Source: Catajapyx aquilonaris (taxonomy: Eukaryota). From it: a DNA stretch of 20,000 nucleotides. Shown piece by piece: positions 1-11,465 of this stretch; the stretch's first letter is position 1, and the number at the start of each line of letters is the position of its first letter. The stretch covers positions 60,860 through 80,859 of the forward strand of contig KZ538766.1 in assembly GCA_000934665.2 (NCBI GenBank), written 5' to 3'. Below the pieces are notes generated by a model that worked only from the letters and a program-made list of their open reading frames with translations, was not told where the DNA came from and did not search any database. Made by a program: the position numbers and the translations under genes.

Positions 1-1189
1 CAACCAAAAAAGTACTTTCCTCTTATCATATAAGTGTTAATTTGGTGACAGGCTCTTTATTGTTGGCCCACACACAAAAAAAAATCGTCCCGTTATACGA
101 ATTAACACCCAATTGTTCCCCCCCCCCCCCCCCCCACNAACGATTTCTCTCTTCAATTCGACCATTCAAGTGAAGGGGGGGAATCCAGGCCACACTTTCA
201 ATGGGTGTGGATGCTGCACGTACAAAAAAAAAAACCCAACTTCAATGTGACTCGAGTAGATAACACTCCGCCCCCCTAAATTGCGTTTTTATTCACATTA
301 CTAGCAGGGGTTCTTCGCACTGTGATTGATAAATAATAAAAAAAGAGAAAGCTGTGCCACATTGATGCTGAGACGCCAAACATATTTATTAAAAATAATA
401 TTTCTAAATTTTGGGTATTATTTAGACTTTAAAAAACCGGAAATTTTTTCTCCTCCCAAGTTTCAGCACTATCTGAAACTGGGTAGGCGGGACATACAAA
501 CATACCAACAATCTTTCTGTTTTATACCAAATTTCGGCAGCCGTGCTCAAATTCGGACAGCATGGGGCCAACTATTTTGGGTAAATAACAACCTACCAAC
601 CCCATGCCATGCCCCTGGCGTCATTATCGTCATAGACACTAATCACTGTCATTATTAACGGATCGGGAATTATGCGCCCGAGCTGTACTGCAAAATGTAC
701 GGCCACGTCCCGCTGCATCAGCATAATGACGCCAAAATTGCGCCGCCAACACACACACACACACCCCTTTTCACCTCCCCCCCTCACCCCCCCAGCTCTA
801 CACCTCTCCCTAGTATGCAAATTTTCCATTGGCTGCCGCAGTGATGATAGCAAAAGGGGTTGATGTAAGAGTTGGAAAATACGCATTTACTAACCCACCC
901 CACATCCAGTGTCACATACACAAAATTCCACCCCCCAATTCAGCCCCCCCCCCAACGGGGCTTTTGCGCAGTGTGATATAGTTAAAATTGCTCTTGTTTC
1001 CTACCCAAAATCAATGATGATGTTCCCCTGGACGGCTACAAAAAAAAGGGGGGGTCGTTAGATACTCTGACAGCCATCCTTTTTTTTTGACTCACCCCAC
1101 ACAACCTAACACCATTAAATTACAGACCTGTAATGAAAATATCATGACACTAACTCAGGAGTCGAATTTTAAATTATTTTTTTTTGACC

Positions 1190-1558
1190 AGGTGCAAAGT
1201 TTGCACTCCATATAGTTACATCTGAAGTGCAAATTACTTTACATGGAGTGCTTAATTTTTTAAATTAGTGGATTTAGCCACGTTCAAAAGCAGGACCAAC
1301 TGGACGGTGTTATGCAATAATGAGTCAATCCACAAGAACAGTTTTGAGACAACCTGTGAAATTAATTTTTATGGCAGAAGTATGCAGATTTCGCCAGTTT
1401 GATTATAACTGAAAGTACGATCCTTCAAGGGCATATGATCCTGGGCTTAACTCAATTTTGACATTTTTGTTGGTTGATTCATTATCGCATAACACTGTCC
1501 AACTGGAGTGCAAACTTTGTACTCAAGGCTATATAAGTTTGGAGTGCAAATTGCACCT
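1190..1558. repeat. Decayed element with inverted GGAGTGCAAA subterminal repeats
   Basis: GTGCAAAGTTTGCACTCCA (1192-1210) is inverted relative to TGGAGTGCAAACTTTGTAC (1504-1522); extra GAGTGC/AGTGCAAATT copies at ~1227, 1245 and 1541. Confidence 0.45.
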
Positions 1559-2587
1559 TCGCATCCGAATATTTCGACCCAGCTATACTATCAGTGACGC
1601 CCAATTTGATAACAAGAGTCTACCTAAGAGCCAAAAATAATCGCCTTACCCCGTAAACCTGACCTCCAGCTAAAAACCGGTTCTAAGAAATTACCCAAGC
1701 GCGACTACAAATGGCGTTAGTACCAACCCCTATTAGGCGGCTGTAAAATAATCACTGACTCTAAAAAAAAACTGGAGGGAAACACAAAAACTGGTTGGAA
1801 AATAGGAGGGGGTCCAACAGCAGGGGGGGTCACATTCAATTGTAGACAAGAGGAGGAGGAGTTTACCCAGATAACCAAACTCTCTCTCTGCCAAGGTCGA
1901 TTGGTCCATAACAACCCCATGACCAAAAAAAAAAAAAAAAAAGGAAGCAAAAATTCAGAAATTTAGCCTTTCACTTGTCGACTCATTTGTCTGGCTATGT
2001 TGCTATTACTCAATTTTTACCATCAATTTCGATTAAACTCTTAGCCAAGAAAGGGGTTCAGAAAAAAAGGGTGATCCGATGGGAAAATCTAGGCGACAGT
2101 TGACAAGCACCATAGGAATGGTAGGGTGAGGGGGGAAAAAGCTCTGGGGGCTTCCAACCCCACGAACTCTTCCATCTTTGTTCCCATCTCACGTTTAGGA
2201 AAAGGGGCGCCTGTGGATTCCACCATCTGCTCCACGTCCAGAAAGAGAAAAACTCTACATAAAAACCAGAAAAAGGGGGGGGGGGGGGTTTAGGAAGAAA
2301 AAAAAACTAGTTGCCATATAGAATTGCCTATCATTTTACTTAATGCCCCTGAAGGTCAATTTTCACATTTGTAATCCCTGAAATCCTGGCCCTAACTAGT
2401 AACAGGACCCGTTGCCAAATTTTGGCAACACTGCTTGGCCCACCCCCCCTAACCAGTTGGAGCATAGGGTCTCCCTCTGCAAACTCCTGACCCTCTCAGG
2501 GGGAAAGTAGTACTACATGCACGTTGGTGATGAGGCACCACGCGGACAAAGTCCACCAGGGCATTTGGACAAATATTTCTCCTCATA

Positions 2588-2735
2588 GGCTTATTCTCTC
2601 CGTCGGATGTTTGTCCGACCTGATAGTTACGCCATCTCTCACGACCTGAGGGTGGCAGGAGTGTGCAGAGGGAGTATGCGCCATCTATGCGTGAAGAATA
2701 CTACTACGTGGTAAACCGGTGGGCCATTTCATTAG
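2588..2735 (+). repeat. Dispersed repeat copy 1 (probable 3' part of a Helentron/DINE-like non-autonomous element)
   Basis: Shares GGCTTATTCTCTCCGTCGGATGTTTGTC...GTGGCAGGAGTGTGCAGAGGGAGTA.GCGCCATCTATGCGTGAA with 14963-15105. Confidence 0.75.
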
Positions 2736-4717
2736 TCGTTTAATTGTCAGGTGTTTTTTCTCTATTTTGGCAACGTTTTCGCCCCTGCTATTGGTATACT
2801 TCCGTGGCTGATTGGGAAAAAAATGCACTATCAGTCGCAATGGAATTTGAAGCATCTGTCTGGGAATTTGCTGCCCTCATTACTCAAAACCTGATTAGTG
2901 GACAATCTGCAGCAAAACATTCACAGGATTGCAATCAATCAGAAAACACTGTCTATACTCCACATGTATGAATAGTAAGTGGTGACTGTATTGCCCTTTC
3001 TTCGTACCCACTTAGTTTATTGCACAGCATATTTTCAGTCTCACTCCGCCGACAGTCCTGGCCAAGTTCAAAGCAAACATGTTAAGTGCCTGCTGAATCA
3101 TTCCTAACTTGCCAATATATTGCGGCGTCATAGGCAACAACTTGCAACCACACGGATCACACACAGCTACACAAAACAAGGCTTGCCAGACTTCTAGGTC
3201 GCATATAAACTTTCCCCTTATGAGAGAAGGTCACTCGCTGTTCCTTGTTCAAGTTTTATTACAGCAAAAGCGCGTTGTCGTAACTTCTTTTATTTTTTAA
3301 ATTTTTTGCCTGATTGCCCTCACCACCTATTTTTCCCCCCGTGTTTCTCATTACAGCTACTCAACCTTGTGCCGGCTTACTGTACATGTCAGTTGACATA
3401 ACCCCTACTTCCAGGAGAAGGAGGGGAAAAAAATGTTGTTTTTCTGTCACCATTTTCCCGCCAAATGTGCCTGCGTTTAGGCGGGAAAATGAGGTCAGGC
3501 GTAGCTACGGCAACGGCCAGATCGGTCCTTTTTTTTTTGCATACTGCATGTCAGTGACGTGGAGTGATTCAAGGGCGTATCACACGCTCCAATATTCATC
3601 TATGTGTTTAACATATAAGTTGTGTTGTACCCGCACCAGTACTGTCCGTCTTGTGGCCCTGCCAGGCACGGTACGCCGTTTAGTCGTATCATCATCATAC
3701 GCTTCTGGAAACACCCTCATACACAAACTCAAAGCACGCTTCTAGAAGTTTCCAGCTGCCCCTCCGGAGAGACCCTTCCGGATCATTCTAATTATGCCAT
3801 GGGGTCCCTCTGCCTTACCACCCCCAAAAACCTCTTAACAAGCCTCCCGAAAACCAGCCAACCAAGGACCACCTAACCACCTTTTCCGGAAGCCCCCATG
3901 TGCATCAGAGAGAGAGATGGAGAAAAAAAAAAAAAAGGAAACTGAACAATAGCAGCAGATGTCCACTCCATGGCCTCGAGGATCTTTTCCCGCCAAATTT
4001 TCTCTCTCCAATTGTAGAAACACCCATCTGCAGCTGTAACCCCCCCCACAACTTAGACCTCTTTTTTTTTTACCCTATATGCCATCCTCATCTGACATAC
4101 CATACCTACGACACAGAACGTGCATGCCAAGCCCAACCCACTCTGGCCCTGATGCATATGGATGGAATTCCAGTCGGAAAAAAAAAAAAAACACCAGGGA
4201 AGGATGGAGCCAGTTGAAAAGAGGACCGGATTTTTTTTTCTTCTTCTTTTTTAAAGAAAAAAGCCGGACCTCTCACTTCCTCCAAGTCTCCTTTTTACGT
4301 CCAATGATCCCAATTCCCATACAGTAAAACTCCTGGAAATGAACCTCAAGGGCCCTCCCCAAGAAGGTGTTTCTAAGATGTCTTAAAATGGCCATTACCG
4401 TGAGAGCAGTTGGCTTGTTTCATGCGCAGTGTCATGGGACTTCCCCTTTTCGTTCTCTGGTAATGTTTACCACAAGTGTATTTTATTACATGTGAGTCAC
4501 GTACACGACATATCCCTAAGCTTGGACCCTATTTATAATGTGTGTACAGCTGTCTGTACAGTGTACAGGGTGCCCCCGCCCAAATCAAACAGTTTCTCTG
4601 CATGTTCGTTTGTATATCCGGCTACCTAACCCACTTCCGGACTACTGAGAGTCCTGTGGCACATTCATGGCTTATATTATATAAAACTAAATAATTATTT
4701 GGAAACAAAAATATTGG

Positions 4718-4868
4718 GCCGAATTTTCGTCCCACTGCTATAGTTACTGCTAACTTAGCAGTGTACCAGTGCTTAAAATTAATGTGTCGAATTTTCGTCC
4801 GACTGGTAGTTACTGCTAATTTAGCAGTATCTAGGAGTGGGGCGAAAAATTCGACCCATTCATTTTAA
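4718..4868. repeat. Imperfect palindrome (4773-4868) with a duplicated left arm (4718-4762); decayed MITE-like
   Basis: CGAATTTTCGTCC...TAGTTACTGCTAA.TTAGCAGT occurs twice, and TTAAAATTAATGTGTCGAATTTT pairs with AAAATTCGACCCATTCATTTTAA. Confidence 0.6.
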
Positions 4869-5428
4869 ATGGCAATGCAACGTTAAATGTACTGTTGTCC
4901 CAAACAAAACAAAAATGTCTGGTTACCCCACTGTTTCGGTAATGCGACAAAAAAAAGCAAATAATTCCTGTTACGTACATTATTATTAATAATAACAATA
5001 TTGTTTATTTATTTATTGGAGATGGGTGTGCCAACAAACATTGAGTTACATGCTGGGATATCGTTATAAACAAAGTTCCGCTTGGGGAAGACCGATAACA
5101 AAAATCCGATACTTCAATTTTTGTCAATAAAAGTCATATCTGGGACGCCTCAAACTTGTTTATTCCAGTCTCCCCCACACAATTTTTTTTTTTGTTTAAA
5201 TTTACCGATTGAATTACAGTGGGGGAGTGCATCAATGCGGTAGACCAAAATCCGGAGGGGGTGCGGGTGAAGAGTATAAGGGTCTGGGATTAGCTCTCCC
5301 ACCTGACATATCGATCGACCCCTAAAACACACATACGCAGAGAAAATGATGTCATCCAAGGTGGGGATATTCATGACTCACTAAACTCACGGGTTTGTGT
5401 TTTATGGGCAAAAACCTCCAACTAAATA

Positions 5429-5507
5429 CAGGGTGACCCAAAAGTCTGGACACATAAAATTGGTACAGCATAAAATATTAGATGTGTCCAGATTTTGGGT
5501 CACCCTG
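5429..5507. mobile_element. 79-bp Tc1/mariner-type MITE
   Basis: TA|CAGGGTGACCCAAAAGTCTGGACACAT...ATGTGTCCAGATTTTGGGTCACCCTG|TA; ~26-bp TIRs, TA target duplication. Confidence 0.85.
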
Positions 5508-7145
5508 TAGGTTGGTATTCTCGCAAAAATTTTTCCCTCCCTTCCATTTCGCTAAAATACATGTCCCTGTCTGCACATTCACAAGGCAATGTGCCACAAC
5601 GTAGGTTTTATTTTGGGAACGACAAGCAACAAGCCAGAAAAGGTTGGGGGTGGGGGTGGTGGTGGAGGAGAAACAAGGCAGTGTTGGCATAATTATGACT
5701 GCACAAAATAATCTTCTGGAGACCAAAGGTCGCTTAACTCTTAAGCAATCAATATTCACGTTTTGTTATCATGGACAGACAAAAAAAAAAAGAAGGCGTC
5801 TCACCTTTCATTTTGACCNCCCCCCCCCCCCCAACCTAGATGAGTCAAGGTGAAAATTAGTCACTCCCATTTTGGTTGAAAATCACCTGCCCACTTTTCA
5901 AGCAAATTAGTCACCTGTGTGCATTGGTCGCATTGCCATGACCTTTAAAATGGGCATTGCACTTCACTCATCATTTATCGTCACTGGCTGAAGGCCAGAC
6001 TGGACTAATATAACAGCAGGAAAAAAAAAAAAATCGGCAATTGCTCTGGCTCAAGGCCAGCACATTTCATTTTAAAAAAAAAAACGATGTCAATATCCCA
6101 CATGGTTGTCACTATTATAAATAAAATCTGCAGTGAAATATTCGCAACAAAATTATCCATTAGTCCTGATTTTTTTAACATGGCTAAACCCAGTAAACTC
6201 TAATTATTAAGTAATTGGCATTCCAGCAAGTGGACATAAAATTTAAAAGATTCGACACCTCCCCCTGCTAATCTGTTATCCTTGCGTCAACGTAGCATAT
6301 TTGGCAACCCTGTGGTTGCCAACAACAACCCACAGCGCGGCAAAATCCCACGTGCTCTCTCTCTCTACACACGTCCCCCCCCCCATCTCTATTCACACAC
6401 ACACAAAAACATCTCATGGCCCACCTAACCTTTGTCAACATTCTCCTTTATTTAATAACCCTCCCCCTCCATTGCATTATGGCCAGGAGGGGGGCAAAAA
6501 TATTGGATGGCTTCAATATTTAATTTGTGCTTTTTTTTCTCCCTTGGATATGGGAATGAGTTGGTCTACTTGAGCCTGAAAGTGTGTCCTGTTGGTTATG
6601 AATATTTTAATATGTGCAGCTGCCCCTGCTGTACAATTTCCCCCTCGCTTCGTAAAACTAGAGCGGCCAAAGTATCACACGCATTGTACCTGGTGCGGCA
6701 GTACAGCGGCTGATCCGGAATATCGCTTCAACAATTCCATAACAAGAGTCTACCGAATGCCGCCCTGGAAAATGTACAGTATCAACCCGCCAAGTAACCT
6801 TAATGTTCCCAAACTGCCACATTTGCCAGCTCAATCATGCTAAAAAATGCATGACCCACATACAAACGGCACCGTCTTCAAATCTTACAAGTGCAACCGC
6901 AGCGTACAACTTTTCTACGAGTATACAGTATCCAGCGGCTCCACCCATTATTATGCGCCAATAAAATTCAAGACATTCCTGTCCTTACTGGCTCTTAAGG
7001 CAGGTTAGGAGCATGTGACTCAGCAGGATACAGACACTTTTATCGTGAGACTTCTTTTGTTAATCAACATGACCCTCTGACACCACCTAATGTAACCTAT
7101 CATTCTGCAACCCACACATAAACATGCATGGGAGTGTCCCCCTAC

Positions 7146-7520
7146 CTTGCTGAATGCCTGCTGCGACTCCTTATCCTTCTTGGGTGAAGATGATGCACTC
7201 CCTGGGCTGCTGCCAGACCCCTGGCCTGCCCTGGGGCTGAGCCTGTATAGCCTTCCCTCGACAGTTATCAACCCTTTAATGGCCGCCTTCTTTGCCGCTT
7301 GCCTAAGCAACCTCCCGAGGTCCGAGTCAACATCTGACTCGACGGCATGAGACTGACGCACATATTTCTCCACAGAACGGGCCGTCGACCCATCCCTCTC
7401 GCCTAGTTCTCGGAGAGTCTTCACCACCACCTTTGTCAGATCAGTCTGACGGTTTATCCGGATAAGACGCGTCGACTGGGCACCAGGATCCTTGTACGAT
7501 TCGTGGCCCTTGTTGATGAT
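7146..7520 (-). CDS. KAT6A: KAT6 (MOZ/MORF/Enok) second coding exon; end of WH1 plus H15/linker-histone-like winged-helix WH2
   Basis: Acceptor ttttctgactcttacAG|ATC at 7521/7520. Translates IINKGHESYKDPGAQSTRLIRINRQTDLTKVVVKTLRELGERDGSTARSVEKYVRQSH...LLRQAAKKAAIKGLITVEGRLYRLSP...KKDKESQQAFSK, continuing the NKG..SYKDP motif in frame with exon 1. The GST..S.E.Y and G.LYRL motifs of the KAT6 H15 domain are present. Donor AAG|GTAGGG at 7145; 375 nt, phase 0. Confidence 0.93.
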
Positions 7521-8878
7521 CTGTAAGAGTCAGAAAATACGGTTATAAAAGGATTCAAACTGTTGTTGACATAAAATATTAGCATCCTTCACGAACACAA
7601 TGTAACGCTTTGGAAAGCAATATTTACACACAAAACGCCTTAGATCCATATTTTTAATAAGCTCAATTCCTCTAATTTTTTGTAAGGGCCGAATAGTGAT
7701 GTTATGAAGTGCCCACTTTGCATGTATACACACTGCCCACTTCTGAAGTGCTAATTATTGAAAGCATCTCTTTTACATGACCTCATCTTCACATTGATGC
7801 CCCATCCTAAAATAATACATACTCTACTGCATAGCTGCTGGTTATTCATTGTGCAAATATGTTATTCCACATACTATTTGCTTGGGCGCTACAAAAAAAA
7901 ATCAGTTTGCCTAATAACCTTGAACCCTCAGGCGGTACCTGGCAGCCTCGAGCATATAAATATACACTACAAGCATTATTGTTGCCAATTTTGCATCTGT
8001 TTTTAACATCACGCTATATCGACAGCACCTTTGCAATTTTTATTTTCCTGCCACTGGAATAGTCTTGAACGTTAAAAGTCTCGCCTGGTTCATTCAAGCC
8101 GGGGCCACTACTTCTAATATTGCAGTAACACTAGCATAACAGCCCAATTATTTTAAGCCACACTGCTGTTTATACTGCTTAATAAATCAACACTTCTGAC
8201 AACATTGTATTGTACAAGTTTCAAGGTACTTTAATCCTCTGAAGCAATAAACGGTGCATTACGTTCAATAAATTAACGCAAAATTCAAAGCTACCAGCAA
8301 CTTGTGGAAGTCACTTGTTGATGAGCGAGATGTACATAATTATTGTTAAAATTTTGAATTAGGACGCCCTGTGCATATTTCTAGTTAAACTTGACATCCG
8401 ATAAAAGTTGGGAATGGCTAAGGTTAAATGCAGTCATCTTATCTCGAGTAATAAAATTATGCATACGGTATGCCTTTCGCTAAACTGCACACACAAAATG
8501 TACTACAGAACCACGAGGCTGTTTCGGGCTTGAATTAAATGACAGTAAAATAACAGGGTATCCATTAAATTAAATGGCTTCCTTTAGATTACATTAAAAC
8601 GTACATGAATGTATACATCATAGCAAGTCATGCTGTATATTTATAGGCTCTCATTTTCATTACAAAGGACTATTACATTAAGATTCATCTCTGCTAGGAA
8701 TTAGAGCCGTAACTGCATTGTCTGATAGTGTTACTTGCTACGACAAATGTGATTTGCTCAACACGCAGTTTGACTGACAGCTGAGTAAAGAGCAGATGGC
8801 TCGATAGGTGGCAGTACCAATATTCCAACAAAGCGTCAGACGTGCTAACAATACAACTGCCCTATTTCTTCCAGTCAC
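7521..8878 (-). other. GT-AG intron between the two KAT6 coding exons (1358 nt)
   Basis: GTGACT donor and pyrimidine-rich ...TTACAG acceptor; splicing restores the continuous TVLK|IINKG..SYKDP motif. Confidence 0.9.
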
Positions 8879-9094
8879 CTTGAGCACAGTTCCATCTCGT
8901 ATGGCCCTGTCCAGCTGGTCCGAGATGGTGTCGGCTTCGTACTTGGTATGCTGCCGTATGGCGTTGCATATCCTCTCCGAGTTTGGTCTCTGCTTCTGTC
9001 CACGAATCTTCCTGATCGCGTCCAGAAACCACCGCACCCATGTGGAGGGGCTAGTCCCGCTCCCATCGTGATCGCGAAGCACCGTTTGCCTCAT
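8879..9094 (-). CDS. KAT6A: KAT6 (MOZ/MORF/Enok) histone acetyltransferase, first coding exon; SAMD1-like winged-helix domain WH1
   Basis: ATG at 9094 in gtggccATGa context. Translates MRQTVLRDHDGSGTSPSTWVRWFLDAIRKIRGQKQRPNSERICNAIRQHTKYEADTISDQLDRAIRDGTVLK, matching the KAT6 N-terminal signature (W.L.AI.K...QKQRP..ERIC.A....QL...DGT.LK). Donor AAG|GTGACT at 8878; 216 nt, phase 0. The KAT6A/KAT6B distinction does not apply to a single invertebrate ortholog (enok). Confidence 0.93.
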
Positions 9095-9207
9095 GGCCAC
9101 ACACACTCACTACACTGTGGTCTAACTTCTCATTTACAACGACGGATTATTATTCACATGATCCGGTCGCACTTTGCACTACGTCACACTCGCCATGTCA
9201 CGCCGAC
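9095..9207 (-). other. 5'UTR part of the KAT6 start-codon exon
   Basis: Strong acceptor ttgtgtctttaCAG|G at 9210-9208. Candidate upstream donors are AGG|GTAACA (9323) and CAA|GTGAGT (9639). Confidence 0.6.
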
Positions 9208-9950
9208 CTGTAAAGACACAAGGCATATTAATACACAGCGTAAGACATCAAAACTGTCATGACCGCAATGCAACTAGGCCTAGCAACAGAAAACTGGTTC
9301 TTTTTTTTTTTTTTGTTTGTTACCCTTCCCTCTTTTCCCTTCACTTTTGGAACGTCGTTGCAGCCATCTTGGGCCACCACACACAATATGATGAAAAAAG
9401 AACACTCCCAATGTTTTCCCCCTCCACTTCATCCATCCCCGTGCCCTACCGACGACAAACCCCGGCCGTTCGCTGCTAGGAAGCAACATAAAAAAAGGGG
9501 GCATAGAACATGTATCAAAGAAGCGGTACGGGGAGGCACTGCGTTGACATGTATTCCGAACAGTGGTACCAACCCGGGTTGGTTAACCCAGCCCGGTTAA
9601 CCACGTCACCCCCTTCTCCCACGTCACTGGGCAACTCACTTGGTGTTCCTGGGGAGTGACGTGCCCCGTATCACCACAGCACCGATCCGGTGGCCACGAC
9701 ACTTTTCCAACCATGGTTTTAAAGCCAATCCCAACGGGGGTGCGAGGGGGGGTGCAAACAACACAGTGTATGTAACTAGACTCCTTTCATTTTTGAGGAA
9801 GCTAGTCTCCCCGAGCAGAGAGTCCGATGATGATGGGGAGGGCAGGGAGGGTAGGGAGAGGAGGGGGTTGGAAGCCGCCCCCTTGTACAGCTTTACTACC
9901 CCCGGCCACCCCCCTAGAGTTTTCCCCCCCAATCAACAAAAGGTTAACAG

Positions 9951-9952
<2 letters not shown>

Positions 9953-9997
<45 letters not shown>
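9953..9997. repeat. (CT)n/(GA)n microsatellite
   Basis: About 22 uninterrupted CT units. Confidence 0.95.
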
Positions 9998-10000
<3 letters not shown>

Positions 10001-10189
10001 CTTTCTCTCACCCCCCTGTACACCCCTCACCGTACCCTACCCTCCCCTCCTCAATACCTGAAATTCACAAAATGGCCGACGCGCATCTGTTTCCATGCGC
10101 GGGGAGAGTGACGTCACTCACTCGGGGAGGGGGGGAGGGAGAAAACTGTTTGCGTTTTTGATCGGCATCTGTCCGACGACCGAAAGCGA

Positions 10190-10216
10190 AGGAGGAGGAG
10201 GAGGAGGAGGAGGAGG
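10190..10216. repeat. (GGA)n microsatellite
   Basis: About 8-9 GGA units. Confidence 0.9.
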
Positions 10217-10620
10217 GGGGCTAGGGCACGTGTATATGCAGCCGGGTTGGGATAATGTAGAGATGGGCGGGAGGGTTCAAACACCAACGCTCAGCAGAGC
10301 AAACACCGGGCCCGGTTCCGGAACCGGTCCTCTTGAAAAGTTGGGGGGTCAGGGTTGTCAATCCGAGTGGGTTGGTATTGCTTGGTTTGTTGCTCATCCT
10401 TTGGTGCCAAACAGAATTAGGGTTGGCACTACTGAGCAAGGATGGCTGGGGTTGGCATCCATTGCTCAGTAGTGCCAACCTGAATTACAATATTGCTGGG
10501 TTTGGTCTGAACTTTTGCCCAAAGTAGTGTCAAATTTATTATGGAAAACAATGTATTAATATATGTGTAGTGAGTGGATGTCCCCCCCATACGAGCCGAT
10601 GGCTCGCAACACGGGGCTGA

Positions 10621-10643
10621 AAATAAATAAATAAATAAATAAA
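10621..10643. repeat. (TAAA)n microsatellite
   Basis: aaataaataaataaataaataaa. Confidence 0.85.
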
Positions 10644-11465
10644 CAATATTGCTGGGTTGGTGCCAAAGAGTGGTCGGTGCCAATCCTTTGGTGTCAACAG
10701 AATTAGGGTTGGCACTGCTGGGCAAGGCTGGGGTAGTTGGCAACCATTGCTCAGTAGTGCCGACCTGAATTATACGTTGGTACTACTGAGCAATGGTTGC
10801 CAACTCCTACTGTTGGTTGGTATTTCTGGTTTTGCGTCAAACAGACGAATTGGGGGTTGGCACTACTGAGCATGATGGTTGGGGTTGGCTACCATTGCTC
10901 AGTAGTGCCAACCTGTATTATACGTTGGTACTACTGAGCTATGGTTGCCAATGGTTGGTATTGCCGGTTGGTGTGGGCAAACCGAATTGGGGGTTGGCAC
11001 TACTGAGCAAGTGGGCCGGATCTGGAACCATAGTCCACTTGAGTAGAACGGAGCTGCCAACCTCCAGCAATGATTGGCATCGCTCAAGAATGTGCCACAA
11101 TATCACAGGATGGCACTACTGAGCAAGATGGGTTGGGTTGGCAACCATTACTGCTCAGTAGTGCCAATCTGAATTATAACAATGTTGGTACTACTGAGCC
11201 ATGTTGGCCAACCCCCAGCAGGATTGATGTTTCTGGTTGGTGCCAACCGAATTGGGGGTTGGCCGAAGGGTTGGCACTATACTCGCTGAGTAAGTGGGAC
11301 TGTTCCGGAACCTGTCCACTTATTGAGTATAGGCTACATGGCAGGGCTGCCAACGCCCAGAAAGGATTGGCATTGCTCAAGAACCTCAAGAATGCCACTA
11401 TAGTTTAGGTTGGCACTACTGAGCAAGATGGGTGTGGTTGGCAACCTTAGACCATATATCATATA

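Larger units (their letters stand above)
1..7145 (-). other. Large KAT6 intron (>7 kb, continues beyond the window)
   Basis: GTAGGG donor at 7145. No recognisable double-PHD exon found by eye downstream; the region is rich in homopolymers and small repeats. A small missed exon cannot be excluded. Confidence 0.65.
9340..10330 (-). promoter_or_regulatory. Putative KAT6 promoter / GC-rich island
   Basis: GC/CpG-richer than its flanks and immediately upstream of the ATG exon. Contains YY1-type CAAGATGGCTGC (minus, 9360-9371) and AAAATGGCCG (plus, 10069-10078), CCACGTCA twice (9601, 9619), palindromic GTGACGTCAC (10108-10117), (CT)n and G-tracts. Confidence 0.6.

Noticed and set aside
3835..4023. 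Minus ORF with ICCYC as a candidate KAT6 PHD exon
   Set aside because: No usable donor, it runs into poly-T, and it lacks the remaining PHD Cys/His pattern.
7020..7145. ORF-track extensions beyond the splice donors (also 8738-8878 and 9095-9106)
   Set aside because: KAT6 similarity stops at canonical AAG|GT donors, so the tails are intronic read-through; the upstream GTG start is not needed.
7147..7350. Antisense ORFs over the KAT6 exons (also 8808-9071)
   Set aside because: Expected shadow ORFs of real coding sequence.
9640..10472. Long plus-strand ORFs (173 aa, 125 aa) across the promoter
   Set aside because: They are low-complexity products of GC-rich DNA and CT/GGA microsatellites with no recognisable domain.
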